Origin: a virus
Lineage: Duplodnaviria; Caudoviricetes
Direction: 5' to 3' (one strand)
DNA: 24,351 nucleotides
IMG/VR virus record: IMGVR_UViG_3300037634_006911
Location: 1-24,351 of that record
Positions within the stretch are counted from its first letter, which is position 1. Each line of letters begins with the position of its first letter. Below the pieces are notes generated by a model, which was not told where the DNA came from, did no database searches, and was given only the letters and a program-made list of their open reading frames with translations. The translations under genes were made by a program, and so were the position numbers. This document shows, one piece after another, positions 7,057 to 16,057 of the stretch.

Positions 7057-8912
7057 TGGAAATATCATCTAAAATTTTGTCCGATATCACAGTTCATATG
7101 AAGTACGCCAGGTACCTAGAGAAGGAGAACAGGAGAGAAACCTGGGAAGAAATAGTAACTCGCAATAAGGAAATGCATCTCAAAAAATATCCTGAATTAA
7201 GCGAAGAAATCGAAAAAGCTTATATTTATGTCTATGCAAAAAAAGTCCTCCCCTCTATGCGATCTATGCAATTTGGTGGCAAACCAATTGAGGTTGCTCC
7301 TAATCGCATCTATAATTGTGCTTTTCTTCCTGTGGATGACTGGCTCAGCTTTCCTGAGACTATGTTTCTCCTACTTGGAGGAACCGGTGTCGGATTTTCT
7401 GTCCAAAAGCACCATGTGGAAAAACTTCCAGAGATTCTCAAGCCGTCAGGTAAGAAGACTAAAAGATTTTTGGTTGCAGATTCGATTGAAGGCTGGGCAG
7501 ATGCAGTCAAAGCGTTGATAAAAAGTTACTTTTTTGGCTCAACTCGTCTACGTTTTGATTTTTCTGATATCCGTCCCAAGGGTACCAAACTAGTTACTAG
7601 TGGAGGAAAGGCTCCAGGGCCTCAACCTCTGAGGGAATGTCTTGTTAAGATAGAAGGTATCTTGCAGGAGAAGGAGAGCGGTGATAAACTACGTCCTATC
7701 GAAGTTCACGATATTGTCTGCCATATTGCTGATGCTGTTCTTGCCGGGGGCATTCGCCGCGCTGCTCTTATATCCCTTTTTTCAGCTGACGATGAAGAAA
7801 TGCTGGCTGCAAAAACAGGGAATTGGTGGGAAGAAAATCCTCAACGAGGAAGAGCAAATAATTCAGTAGTGCTGCTGCGTCATCGCATCCACAAAGATTA
7901 TTTTATGGATTTGTGGGAGAGGGTTAAAGCATCCGGCTGCGGTGAGCCAGGATTTTACTTCAGTAACGATAAAGATTGGGGAACAAACCCTTGTTGCGAA
8001 ATCGCTCTGCGTCCTTATCAGTTTTGCAATTTGACTGAGGTCAATACTTCTGATCTGAAGACGCAAGAGGAATATAACAGCAGAGTAAAAGCTGCAGCCT
8101 TTATCGGGACCCTTCAGGCTGGTTACACTGACTTCCATTATCTGCGTGATGTATGGCAAAAACAGACCGAAAAGGAAGCTTTGATCGGGGTCTCTATGAC
8201 CGGAATCGCTTCTGGCAATGTCCTTGGACTGAATATGACTAAAGCAGCACAAGCAGTCAAGAGAGAGAACGCGAGGGTAGCCAAAGCCATAGGGATTAAA
8301 TCTGCCGCACGCTGCACCACCGTCAAGCCGGCAGGCACAACCTCTCTAACACTTGGAACATCGAGCGGTATTCACGCTTGGCATAGCGACCACTACCTTA
8401 GAAGAATTCGAGTCGGGAAGAATGAATCTATCTACACTCATCTCCTTATACACCATCCAGAATTGGTCGAAGACGAGTATTTCCGCCCATATGATACAGC
8501 GGTCATTAGTGTCCCTCAGAAGGCTCCAGATGGCGCGATAACACGTAAGGAAAGTGCCCTACAGTTGCTTAAGAGAATCAAGACAGTTACTGAACAGTGG
8601 GTAGATCCTGGAACGCGCAGAGGACAGAATACTCACAATATTTCAGCCACCCTATCGATCAGAAATGACGAATGGACCGATGTAGGTGATTGGATGTGGG
8701 AAAACCGTGACTGTTATAACGGGCTCTCTGTATTACCTTACGATGAACACTCCTATAAGCAAGCACCTTTCGAAGAGTGCTCAAGGGAAAGATACCAAGT
8801 ACTATATGATGCTTTGCAAGATGTCGACCTGACACAAGTTGTTGAGTTTGAAGATAACACAGACTTACACGGCGAACTAGCATGTTCAGCCGGCAGCTGC
8901 GAAGTAATTTAA
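7056..8912 (+). CDS. nrdJ: class II (adenosylcobalamin-dependent) ribonucleotide reductase, monomeric RTPR-like
   Basis: LPSMR, YNCAF, GTGVGFSV, GGIRRAA, catalytic TNPCCEI, FCNL, VKPAGT and C-terminal redox pair ACSAGSCEV. GTG start overlaps the helicase TAG. No R2 subunit nearby. Confidence 0.9.
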   Translation: MEISSKILSDITVHMKYARYLEKENRRETWEEIVTRNKEMHLKKYPELSEEIEKAYIYVYAKKVLPSMRSMQFGGKPIEVAPNRIYNCAFLPVDDWLSFPETMFLLLGGTGVGFSVQKHHVEKLPEILKPSGKKTKRFLVADSIEGWADAVKALIKSYFFGSTRLRFDFSDIRPKGTKLVTSGGKAPGPQPLRECLVKIEGILQEKESGDKLRPIEVHDIVCHIADAVLAGGIRRAALISLFSADDEEMLAAKTGNWWEENPQRGRANNSVVLLRHRIHKDYFMDLWERVKASGCGEPGFYFSNDKDWGTNPCCEIALRPYQFCNLTEVNTSDLKTQEEYNSRVKAAAFIGTLQAGYTDFHYLRDVWQKQTEKEALIGVSMTGIASGNVLGLNMTKAAQAVKRENARVAKAIGIKSAARCTTVKPAGTTSLTLGTSSGIHAWHSDHYLRRIRVGKNESIYTHLLIHHPELVEDEYFRPYDTAVISVPQKAPDGAITRKESALQLLKRIKTVTEQWVDPGTRRGQNTHNISATLSIRNDEWTDVGDWMWENRDCYNGLSVLPYDEHSYKQAPFEECSRERYQVLYDALQDVDLTQVVEFEDNTDLHGELACSAGSCEVI

Positions 8913-8915
8913 TAC

Positions 8916-8943
8916 TTGACATTTCAAAAAATGTAGGTATAAT
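8916..8943 (+). promoter_or_regulatory. sigma70-type promoter
   Basis: TTGACA (8916-8921), 16-bp spacer, TATAAT (8938-8943), followed by AGGAGG RBS and ATG at 8964. Confidence 0.8.
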
Positions 8944-8963
8944 ACAAGAACAAGGAGGACGTA

Positions 8964-9215
8964 ATGTCTAATAAAACTGAAAGTACTAAAGAAGATTATG
9001 TTATTGAATATATCAAGGCTTTTGCCACTGTGGAAAGGGAAATGGAACCCTACAAGGAACATAAAAGAGATCTTAAGATCAATTATGTCGAGAATGGGTG
9101 GCTATCTAAAGAAGATATCAGCTTGGCTGTTAAGGCATATCGCATTCTTCAGAAGGGCGAAGATATAGATGGCTTGGTTGTTGTCTATGAGAATCTCAGA
9201 AAGAGTATTATCTAG
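8964..9215 (+). CDS. small helical protein, resembles T4 DsbA / GapR (DUF2312) dsDNA-binding proteins
   Basis: 83 aa; pattern YIKAFATVEREMEPYKEHKRDLK...G.LSKEDISLAVKAYR; strong RBS. The family call is a resemblance only. Confidence 0.5.
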   Translation: MSNKTESTKEDYVIEYIKAFATVEREMEPYKEHKRDLKINYVENGWLSKEDISLAVKAYRILQKGEDIDGLVVVYENLRKSII

Positions 9216-9224
9216 GAGGAAAAA

Positions 9225-9506
9225 ATGTTTCTAAGACCCTGTAACAGATATCTTGTGGTTGAAACCATTGAAGAAGATCATTTGGAGGAGAACCCAAGAA
9301 TATTGTTGCCCGAAGACTATAAACAAGCTAATCCGTTTGGAGTAGGAAGGATCGTATCTCGCTCAACAGACTGCACATTGGATGCACATGAGGGCGAGCT
9401 GATCGCCTTCTCTAATAATATGTTAGAGAAAATGACCTTGAACGGAGAAAGCTTTTGTTTATTGTTGGAGAACTATGTGTTGGGCATTCTAATTGAGATA
9501 GAGTAG
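9225..9506 (+). CDS. groS: co-chaperonin GroES-like protein
   Basis: LRPCNRYLVVE, mobile loop ILLP, GRIVS, EGELIAF, LNGESFCLLLENYVLGIL; 93 aa; AGGAGG RBS. Confidence 0.85.
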   Translation: MFLRPCNRYLVVETIEEDHLEENPRILLPEDYKQANPFGVGRIVSRSTDCTLDAHEGELIAFSNNMLEKMTLNGESFCLLLENYVLGILIEIE

Positions 9507-9517
9507 CTACAGATATT

Positions 9518-10249
9518 ATGGCTGTTGATTTTGAATGGGATACAGTAACTATAGGTACATCTATAGAGGCTATGGAATACGCTTTTAACGAAGGTACGCC
9601 TATTCTGTTTAATCAACAGCCATATCTTTTTGAATTTGAGGATTCCCCTCCTGGAGAGACAAAAAAAGAAAGGTGGGAACGTCTTGCGTCCGACGTGGCG
9701 ATGCGAGGCTTAAATCCTTTTGCAGATAAGATAACTTCTATTAGGGTCGAAGAAAATTCTCTGGAAGTTATATGCGGTACTAAAAAATATAAAGTGTTTT
9801 GCAAGGAGATTATATTTTTCGACGACGAGAATATAGAAAACTTTCCATTTAACAAGTTGGAATTCAAAGGCTATCACGTATATGACTGGTTCATTGTTAG
9901 ATCGGGGGCTAGCCACGAATATGATTTTTTGGAGAGTGGCGATGATTTCGTGAAGAAGATATATTTCTTCAGTAAAATTAATCTTCCTAGATATAAAGAT
10001 TGTGTATCTTGCTCTACAATAGAAAAAGATAAGATTGATGACTTTGATTTCTCTTCGACTATGACGAGAATGAAGACGATAGGAATTATGGAAAAAGCTG
10101 GGATCAAAGGGACGCAACATACACGCACCTATCGATACCCTATAAAATTAGAGTTCATCGGTCGCAAAGTGGTTAAAATTAAAGAGGAAATCTTCTTGCA
10201 AGAAGGTATATATACCATCGATTCAAGAAGAAAAGAGAGTAGTGTTTAG
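9518..10249 (+). CDS. hypothetical protein with degenerate FAD/NAD-binding (GR2/GDI-like) N-terminus
   Basis: WDTVTIGTSIEAMEYA resembles the DxxIIGxGxxG..A dinucleotide motif without its later glycines; ITSIRVEENSLEV...FCKEIIF resembles the flavoprotein beta-meander. Confidence 0.45.
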   Translation: MAVDFEWDTVTIGTSIEAMEYAFNEGTPILFNQQPYLFEFEDSPPGETKKERWERLASDVAMRGLNPFADKITSIRVEENSLEVICGTKKYKVFCKEIIFFDDENIENFPFNKLEFKGYHVYDWFIVRSGASHEYDFLESGDDFVKKIYFFSKINLPRYKDCVSCSTIEKDKIDDFDFSSTMTRMKTIGIMEKAGIKGTQHTRTYRYPIKLEFIGRKVVKIKEEIFLQEGIYTIDSRRKESSV

Positions 10250-10251
10250 AT

Positions 10252-11112
10252 ATGAGCTTTCATTTGGCTGGGATTATTCCAGTCGCCGGTTCAAAATTAG
10301 ATTTTAATTTTCCGTGGCACGATTGCATGATGCCCATAGCACGCGATTATCTTGCTATAGAACGTGCTGTATTGGAGTGTGCATATGCCGGTTGCGAAAC
10401 GATTTGGATCGTTTGTAATGATGATATGCAACCACTTATAAGATATAGATTAGGCGACTATGTTAACGATCCGGTGTGGGTCTACAGGCATTATGAATAT
10501 GACAAGAGTGAAAAGAAGAAGCTGATCCCCATTCAGTATGTCCCGGTTCATCCTAGAGATAGGAACAAAAGAGATTGCTATGGATGGTCGATCCTTTATG
10601 GGGCCAAGATTGCCGACAAGATTAGCAAAGGACTAAGCACATGGATACGTCCTGATCGCTTCTATGTTGCTTTTCCCTACGGAGTTTACCCTCATTGGTT
10701 TCCCAGGTCTCATCGTCCAGCTATTTCTGCTGCCAAAGAAGCGAAAGTATTATATCGGTTTGAGGATAAGACAATAATGGATGGAGAATATTTGGGATTC
10801 ACTTTTAACTATTCAGATTTGGAGCAATTTATGCGCGAGGTCAAAGAAAAATCAAGTGGACTATTTAAAGAGAACACAAGAGAAAGGATTCCAATTGGCG
10901 AAAGATATTCTTATAGATTCTTTACATTGGACAAAGTGTTTGATACTATAGACACGAGCAATGTAACATATATTGATGTTGAAAAATATTATAGGATTGA
11001 TTCGTGGGATTTATATTGTGACTATATGGAAAAAGAGGCGAAAACATTTTATCCCATCCCAAGAAGTTTAATAAATGGTGCAGAAATTAATCCCGTAGGG
11101 GTTGATGAATAG
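10252..11112 (+). CDS. nucleotidyltransferase-like (NTP_transferase/GT-A fold) protein with degenerate signature
   Basis: LAGIIPVAG...MMPIA...IERAVLECAYAGCETIWIV, IQYV, GWSILYG, FYVAFP and late RIDSWDLY follow the sugar-nucleotidyltransferase layout. Confidence 0.6.
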   Translation: MSFHLAGIIPVAGSKLDFNFPWHDCMMPIARDYLAIERAVLECAYAGCETIWIVCNDDMQPLIRYRLGDYVNDPVWVYRHYEYDKSEKKKLIPIQYVPVHPRDRNKRDCYGWSILYGAKIADKISKGLSTWIRPDRFYVAFPYGVYPHWFPRSHRPAISAAKEAKVLYRFEDKTIMDGEYLGFTFNYSDLEQFMREVKEKSSGLFKENTRERIPIGERYSYRFFTLDKVFDTIDTSNVTYIDVEKYYRIDSWDLYCDYMEKEAKTFYPIPRSLINGAEINPVGVDE

Positions 11113-11121
11113 CGAGGCGAA

Positions 11122-11979
11122 ATGAACATAGAAGATTTGATAGGGAACACTCCCTTGGTGGAATTAAAACACAATATTTACGCTAAGTTAGAAACTTTTA
11201 ATCTTTCAGGGAGCATTAAAGATCGGATCATACTATATATTCTCATTGACGCTGAAGGCAAAGGCAAAATTAATGAAAAAACTACGCTGGTTGAGGCAAC
11301 GAGTGGCAATACTGGTATTGCTCTTTCTATGCTTGGCGCTATAAAAAATTACAAAGTTAAGATTATAATGCCCTCGAATATGTCTGCAGAACGCAAGCAG
11401 CTAATGCTCGCTTTCGGCGCAGAAATAGTCGAAGTGGCACCCAACGATTTTCCAAGCGCTATAGCTCTAAGGGACAAGTTTGTCCAAGAGAACGAAAACT
11501 TCTGGTCACCTAATCAGTTTTCAAACCCTCTCAATGTCAAATGCCACGAGGAAACAACTGGCAGAGAAATAACACGACAGCTTTATATCGAGAGATTTAA
11601 GGATATTGATGTGTTAGTGTCGGGTGCAGGTACAGGAGGAACTATTATGGGAGTTGGCAAAGCTTTGAGAAAAATCAATCCCAATCTCAGGATCGTACAA
11701 GTAAAGCCAGCAGAACCGCCTCTAGACCATGGTATTCAGGGAATAGGAGACGGCGGCGATTATCTTGTCGATCCAGCTTTTATAGATGAGGTTATTTACG
11801 TAAATACCGAAGATGCAATACAAAAATCTCGTGATCTAGCTTCCGAGGGACTGCTCGTCGGCGTAAGTTCAGGAGCAAATATCTGGGCTGCTGAGAAATA
11901 TATTGAAGATAACAGTTTTGATGGCAATATTATTACGTTTCTTCCAGATCGTGGTGAGAGATACTTGAGCTTATTTTAA
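11122..11979 (+). CDS. cysK: cysteine synthase (PLP-dependent O-acetylserine sulfhydrylase family)
   Basis: IGNTPLV, KLETFNLSGSIKDR (PLP lysine), EATSGNTG, NQFSN, GAGTGGT, HGIQGIG, GVSSGA, PDRGERYLS. Confidence 0.92.
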   Translation: MNIEDLIGNTPLVELKHNIYAKLETFNLSGSIKDRIILYILIDAEGKGKINEKTTLVEATSGNTGIALSMLGAIKNYKVKIIMPSNMSAERKQLMLAFGAEIVEVAPNDFPSAIALRDKFVQENENFWSPNQFSNPLNVKCHEETTGREITRQLYIERFKDIDVLVSGAGTGGTIMGVGKALRKINPNLRIVQVKPAEPPLDHGIQGIGDGGDYLVDPAFIDEVIYVNTEDAIQKSRDLASEGLLVGVSSGANIWAAEKYIEDNSFDGNIITFLPDRGERYLSLF

Positions 11980-11995
11980 CATTAAGGCAGATTGC

Positions 11996-12003
11996 ACTAT
12001 TTA
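11996..12003 (+). promoter_or_regulatory. putative phage late-promoter motif ACTATTTA
   Basis: Intergenic copy of the recurring octamer, about 45 nt upstream of the membrane-protein start. Confidence 0.45.
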
Positions 12004-12046
12004 AAAGCGATGCACATTCCAAAGTGTATTTTATAGGAGAAACAAA

Positions 12047-12280
12047 ATGGAAATGATTAATAAATCTTTTGAACTGGTAAGTAATTGCGTAGGTAAACTC
12101 ACAGAGTTGCTTTTGCTCACGCTAGCGCTCGCCATCGTCGGACAGGTTCTTTATGGCGCACCCGTATTCGGGATGGATGTTGTAGGAAATGTTGTTGGCG
12201 TTATTAAATCTCTTGGAGATTCTGGCTTTGTCGGCTTGCTGGCAGTCATCCTTTTGGGGGGTATTTTATTAAAAAAGTGA
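12047..12280 (+). CDS. small membrane protein of unknown function
   Basis: 77 aa; hydrophobic segments LLLLTLALAIVGQVLYG and GFVGLLAVILLGGILL; basic KK tail; AGGAG RBS. Confidence 0.8.
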   Translation: MEMINKSFELVSNCVGKLTELLLLTLALAIVGQVLYGAPVFGMDVVGNVVGVIKSLGDSGFVGLLAVILLGGILLKK

Positions 12281-12289
12281 ATTAATTAG

Positions 12290-12318
12290 TTGATTTTTTA
12301 TATCTCCGTTGTTATACT
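12290..12318 (+). promoter_or_regulatory. sigma70-type promoter for dnaE
   Basis: TTGATT (12290-12295), 17-bp spacer, TATACT (12313-12318), with an extended -10 TG. Confidence 0.6.
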
Positions 12319-12352
12319 AGTATGGCTTCGGAGATTTTTTTTGGAGGTTTAT

Positions 12353-15300
12353 ATGAAAAAAGCAGACTCTTTTATTCCATTCGTGGGATTACACGCGCAT
12401 AGCGTAGTGGGATCACCGTTCGACGCATTTGGATATCCCCAGGAGCATATGGATTATGCTTACAAGAACGGCAGTAGAGCCTTGGCCTTGACGGATCATG
12501 GCAACATGAACGGTATGGCACACCAAGTAATGCATGCAAAAGAGATGCAGCGCCAAAATAAGAATTTCAAACCCATCTTTGGGGTTGAGGCTTACTTCAT
12601 CCCGTCGATTAAAGAGTGGAAAATGCTTTATGAGCAGGCAAAAGAAGATAAGAAAGAAGCCAAAAAACTCCAAAAGAACGATGGCAAAATGACCACTGAA
12701 AATGAGGGAGATTCTAAAAAGAAGAATGATCCTCTTTATCGACGCCGCCATCTAGTATTATTAGCTCAGAACCAAATAGGTCTCAATAATATATTCAAAA
12801 TGATCTCTTTATCTCACCAGGGAGACAACTTTTACAGATACCCCAGGCTTGACTACGATATTTTAAATGCCCATAGTGAGGGAGTAATAGCGTCTTCTGC
12901 GTGTCTTGGGGGTGTATATGCGGGTAACTACTGGGACAACGTTGAAAGCGGTCCTGACGCGATTCTGGAGGCAATGAGAGAAACTACCGAAAAAATGCAA
13001 TCTATTTTCGGGGATAGATGGTTCGGAGAATTGCAATGGAACAGTGTCCGAGAACAGCATGAACTCAATGAATATATTATACAAATACATTACGAGACGG
13101 GAATAGAGTTGATATCGACTGCGGACAGTCATTATCCGAACCCTGAAGCCTGGAAAGATCGTGAGCTATACAAGCGCTTGGGTTACTTGAATCGACCCAA
13201 GAAGCCAGAATGGATGTCTGACGGCTTACCTGAGAGCGTAGCAGAGATTGGCTATGAGCTATATCCCAAGAATGGCAATCAGATGTGGGATTCATATAAA
13301 AAGTATTCTGAGGAAAGTCGGACCATCTATAATGACGATCTGATTTACGATTCAATTGTGAAAACGCATTGGATTGCTCACGAGATCATCGAAGACTTCT
13401 TTCCAGATGATACAGTACGTCTTCCTGGATTTGTGATTCCAGAGGGGCAAACTGCAACCGAAGCTTTGATGAAGGCTGCTGTCACTGGTTTGCGTGAATT
13501 GGGGCTTCACACGAGCGAAGAGTATTGTGACAGACTCAAACTAGAACTCAATGTCATTGTTGATCGAGGTTTCTCAAAATACTTCCTCACAATGAAAGCC
13601 GTCGCTGACAAAGCGTCTGAGCATATGTTGGCCGGTCCTGGCAGAGGCTCAGCGGCAGGCTCTTTGACAGCTTATGTTCTGGGTATCACTCAGGTAGATC
13701 CGATTAAGCATGGCTTGTTATTCAGTCGTTTCTTGAGATCCGACGCAACTGACTATCCAGATATTGACTATGATGTTTCGGATGCTTTTGGGCTGAAGGA
13801 AATCTTGGCTCAAGAGTGGGGCGATACAACCGTTGTTCCGATATCGAATTACAATACGCTGCAATTAAAATCTCTAGTAAAGGATATTTCTAAGTTCTAC
13901 GAAATTCCATTTGCGGAAGTGAATATGGTAACAGGACGAATGGTCAAGGAGGCTACCCCCAAAGCAAAAGAGAAGCAAGGAATTAAAGCAGGACTTTATA
14001 TTCCTACATTTGAAGAAGTAATGGAGTTCTCTGATAGTTTACAAGATTTTTTGGCAAAGTATCCTCACATCAGAACTCATATTGAGGCACTATATGGACA
14101 AATACGCTCCATAAGTCGCCACGCTGGCGGTGTTGTGATTGGTGAGAATCTGGACAGACATATGCCTTTGATCCAAAGCGGTGGCGTGATACAAACTCCT
14201 TGGGTGGAAGGGCAGAATTTACGTCATCTGGAACCAATGGGTTTTATTAAATTTGATCTCCTTGGTCTTTCTACACTAGAAATGATTGAGTCAGCCGTTG
14301 CTCACATCTTGAGACGCCACCATGGTGTGACAGATCCCACTTTTGAAGATATCAAAAAGTATTATGATGAGAATTTGCATCCGGACAGGATTAATCTCAG
14401 CGATCAAAATGTTTATAAGAACATTTTCCAGGAAGGGAAATTTATTGGAGTGTTTCAATTTACCAACTCAGGTGCTCAAAGATTCTGTAAACGGGTACAG
14501 CCTACTAATATTATTGATATTTCAGCTATTACTTCCATCTATCGTCCAGGTCCGCTAAGTGCGAACGTCGACCGGTCCTACGTCGCGGCAAAGAGAGACC
14601 CCGATGAGATACACTATATTAACGATTTGGTCAAAGAAGTAACGGAAGAAACATCTGGGTTCCTGATTTTCCAAGAACAGATTGCCCTCTTGGCTCACAA
14701 GCTAGGAAAGGACCTGACATTGGACGAGGGCAACAAGCTTCGCAAACTTCTGACTAAGAAGGGAGAAAAAGGCAAAGGAGCCAAAGAGAAGCAGAAGATA
14801 CGTAGTAAGTTTATGGCAGGATGCTTGGAAAAGAACATAGACGCAACCACAGCCGGCGAATTATGGCGCAATTTTGAATACTTTTCTGGCTATGGCTTTA
14901 ATAAATCGCATGCTGTTTGTTATACTATTCTTTCTTATCAATGCGCATGGCTTTTAAATTATTACCCAGAGTGTTGGGTTGCTGCCTTCTTGGATAAAGA
15001 ACCTGAAACCAGAAAAGAAGCAGCAATTTCTTTAGCCAAACAATATGGTTTTAACGTTCAGGATATCGATATCAATACCTCGTCTGGAACATATTGGGGA
15101 ATTAGTGACGACGGCAAAACTCTTATTCAATCTCTGAATTCTATTAAGGGACTGGGGGAATCGGCCATCAAGCAGATAGTGGAGAATCGCCCTTTTAAAG
15201 ATGCTGAAGATTTGCTGTTTCGTGAAGAAGTGGTTTACTCTAAATTTAACAAGAAAGCCTTAGATGTTCTGTGTAGATCAGGTGCTCTGGAAAGTGTCAT

Positions 15301-15793
15301 AGATGACAGATTCTCAGGAATGAAACATTTTTATCATGCTTGTGTGGTTAATCGCCCAAAGAACAAGAAGAAATTATTAGAAAACATAGAGGAGTTTAAC
15401 GACGAAGGCGAGTTTTCTCACGAAGAAAAGATTGAGTATATTACTGATTTAACTGGCATCTTTCCTTTCGAGATCGTTATGTCAAAGCAGGTTGCAGCTG
15501 CAATTCGCAGATACGAAGTCCCTCCTTTGGGAGAATGGGACCGAGCGCTAGCTGCAGCCTGGTTTATTCCTCGTGAAAAAATTGTCAAGAAGACGAAGAA
15601 TGATAAAGTATATTGGGTTCTGAAAGTGATTGACAATACTTCAACGGCGAACGTTATCCGCGTTTGGGGTGTAGATCCTGAGCGTCATGAGATTCACATG
15701 AATCGTCCTTACGGCGCACGTTTGGATTACAATGAAGAATGGGGATTTAGTTTGAGGCTAAACAAAAGAAACAGATTGGTTTTATTGGAGTAA
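12353..15793 (+). CDS. dnaE: DNA polymerase III alpha subunit (family C) with PHP domain
   Basis: PHP motifs HAHS, TDHG, GVE, HLVLLA, SAC, ADSHY; GRGSAAGS, catalytic PDIDYD, RHAGG, KFDLLGL, YRPGP, FQEQ, YGFNKSHA. Start moved from TTG 12290 to ATG 12353 because of GGAGG at 12343-12347. Confidence 0.95.
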   Translation: MKKADSFIPFVGLHAHSVVGSPFDAFGYPQEHMDYAYKNGSRALALTDHGNMNGMAHQVMHAKEMQRQNKNFKPIFGVEAYFIPSIKEWKMLYEQAKEDKKEAKKLQKNDGKMTTENEGDSKKKNDPLYRRRHLVLLAQNQIGLNNIFKMISLSHQGDNFYRYPRLDYDILNAHSEGVIASSACLGGVYAGNYWDNVESGPDAILEAMRETTEKMQSIFGDRWFGELQWNSVREQHELNEYIIQIHYETGIELISTADSHYPNPEAWKDRELYKRLGYLNRPKKPEWMSDGLPESVAEIGYELYPKNGNQMWDSYKKYSEESRTIYNDDLIYDSIVKTHWIAHEIIEDFFPDDTVRLPGFVIPEGQTATEALMKAAVTGLRELGLHTSEEYCDRLKLELNVIVDRGFSKYFLTMKAVADKASEHMLAGPGRGSAAGSLTAYVLGITQVDPIKHGLLFSRFLRSDATDYPDIDYDVSDAFGLKEILAQEWGDTTVVPISNYNTLQLKSLVKDISKFYEIPFAEVNMVTGRMVKEATPKAKEKQGIKAGLYIPTFEEVMEFSDSLQDFLAKYPHIRTHIEALYGQIRSISRHAGGVVIGENLDRHMPLIQSGGVIQTPWVEGQNLRHLEPMGFIKFDLLGLSTLEMIESAVAHILRRHHGVTDPTFEDIKKYYDENLHPDRINLSDQNVYKNIFQEGKFIGVFQFTNSGAQRFCKRVQPTNIIDISAITSIYRPGPLSANVDRSYVAAKRDPDEIHYINDLVKEVTEETSGFLIFQEQIALLAHKLGKDLTLDEGNKLRKLLTKKGEKGKGAKEKQKIRSKFMAGCLEKNIDATTAGELWRNFEYFSGYGFNKSHAVCYTILSYQCAWLLNYYPECWVAAFLDKEPETRKEAAISLAKQYGFNVQDIDINTSSGTYWGISDDGKTLIQSLNSIKGLGESAIKQIVENRPFKDAEDLLFREEVVYSKFNKKALDVLCRSGALESVIDDRFSGMKHFYHACVVNRPKNKKKLLENIEEFNDEGEFSHEEKIEYITDLTGIFPFEIVMSKQVAAAIRRYEVPPLGEWDRALAAAWFIPREKIVKKTKNDKVYWVLKVIDNTSTANVIRVWGVDPERHEIHMNRPYGARLDYNEEWGFSLRLNKRNRLVLLE

Positions 15794-15796
15794 GGA

Positions 15797-16057
15797 ATGA
15801 CTAGGAAAATAAAAAGAAATAAACAAAAGAAGCAAAAGAAAGAAGCGCAAAATAGAGTAAAAGAACAAATGTTTTTATTTGGAAAGATTCCCAATAAATG
15901 TTTGACTTGTGATGAAAAGTTTGACAAAAAGAGTAAAGACGATGCAATGACTTGGAAAGTTGTTGTGAGAGAAGAGGAAGAGAAAGTTCATTTGTATTGC
16001 CCTAGATGCTGGGGCACAGCTGAAAGACTAATAAAGGAGGTCATCAATGATACTTGA
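15797..16057 (+). CDS. small basic zinc-finger protein
   Basis: CLTC...YCPRC; Lys/Arg-rich N-terminus; GGAG upstream. Confidence 0.7.
   Translation: MTRKIKRNKQKKQKKEAQNRVKEQMFLFGKIPNKCLTCDEKFDKKSKDDAMTWKVVVREEEEKVHLYCPRCWGTAERLIKEVINDT

Noticed and set aside
99-11979. Phosphorothioation (Dnd/Ssp) system linking DUF262 and the cysteine synthase
   Set aside because: Those systems need a cysteine desulfurase and a PAPS-reductase-like enzyme; neither is present, and CysK is a different PLP fold located about 10 kb away.
12290-12352. TTG start and hydrophobic 21-aa N-terminal extension of DnaE given in the ORF track
   Set aside because: This stretch holds the -35/-10 boxes and the GGAGG RBS for ATG 12353; the extension is an ORF-calling artefact.
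3246-15793. Inteins, introns or homing endonucleases in recA, helicase, RNR or dnaE
   Set aside because: Protein lengths are normal, motifs are collinear, and no splice-junction (C...HN) or LAGLIDADG/HNH insertions were seen.
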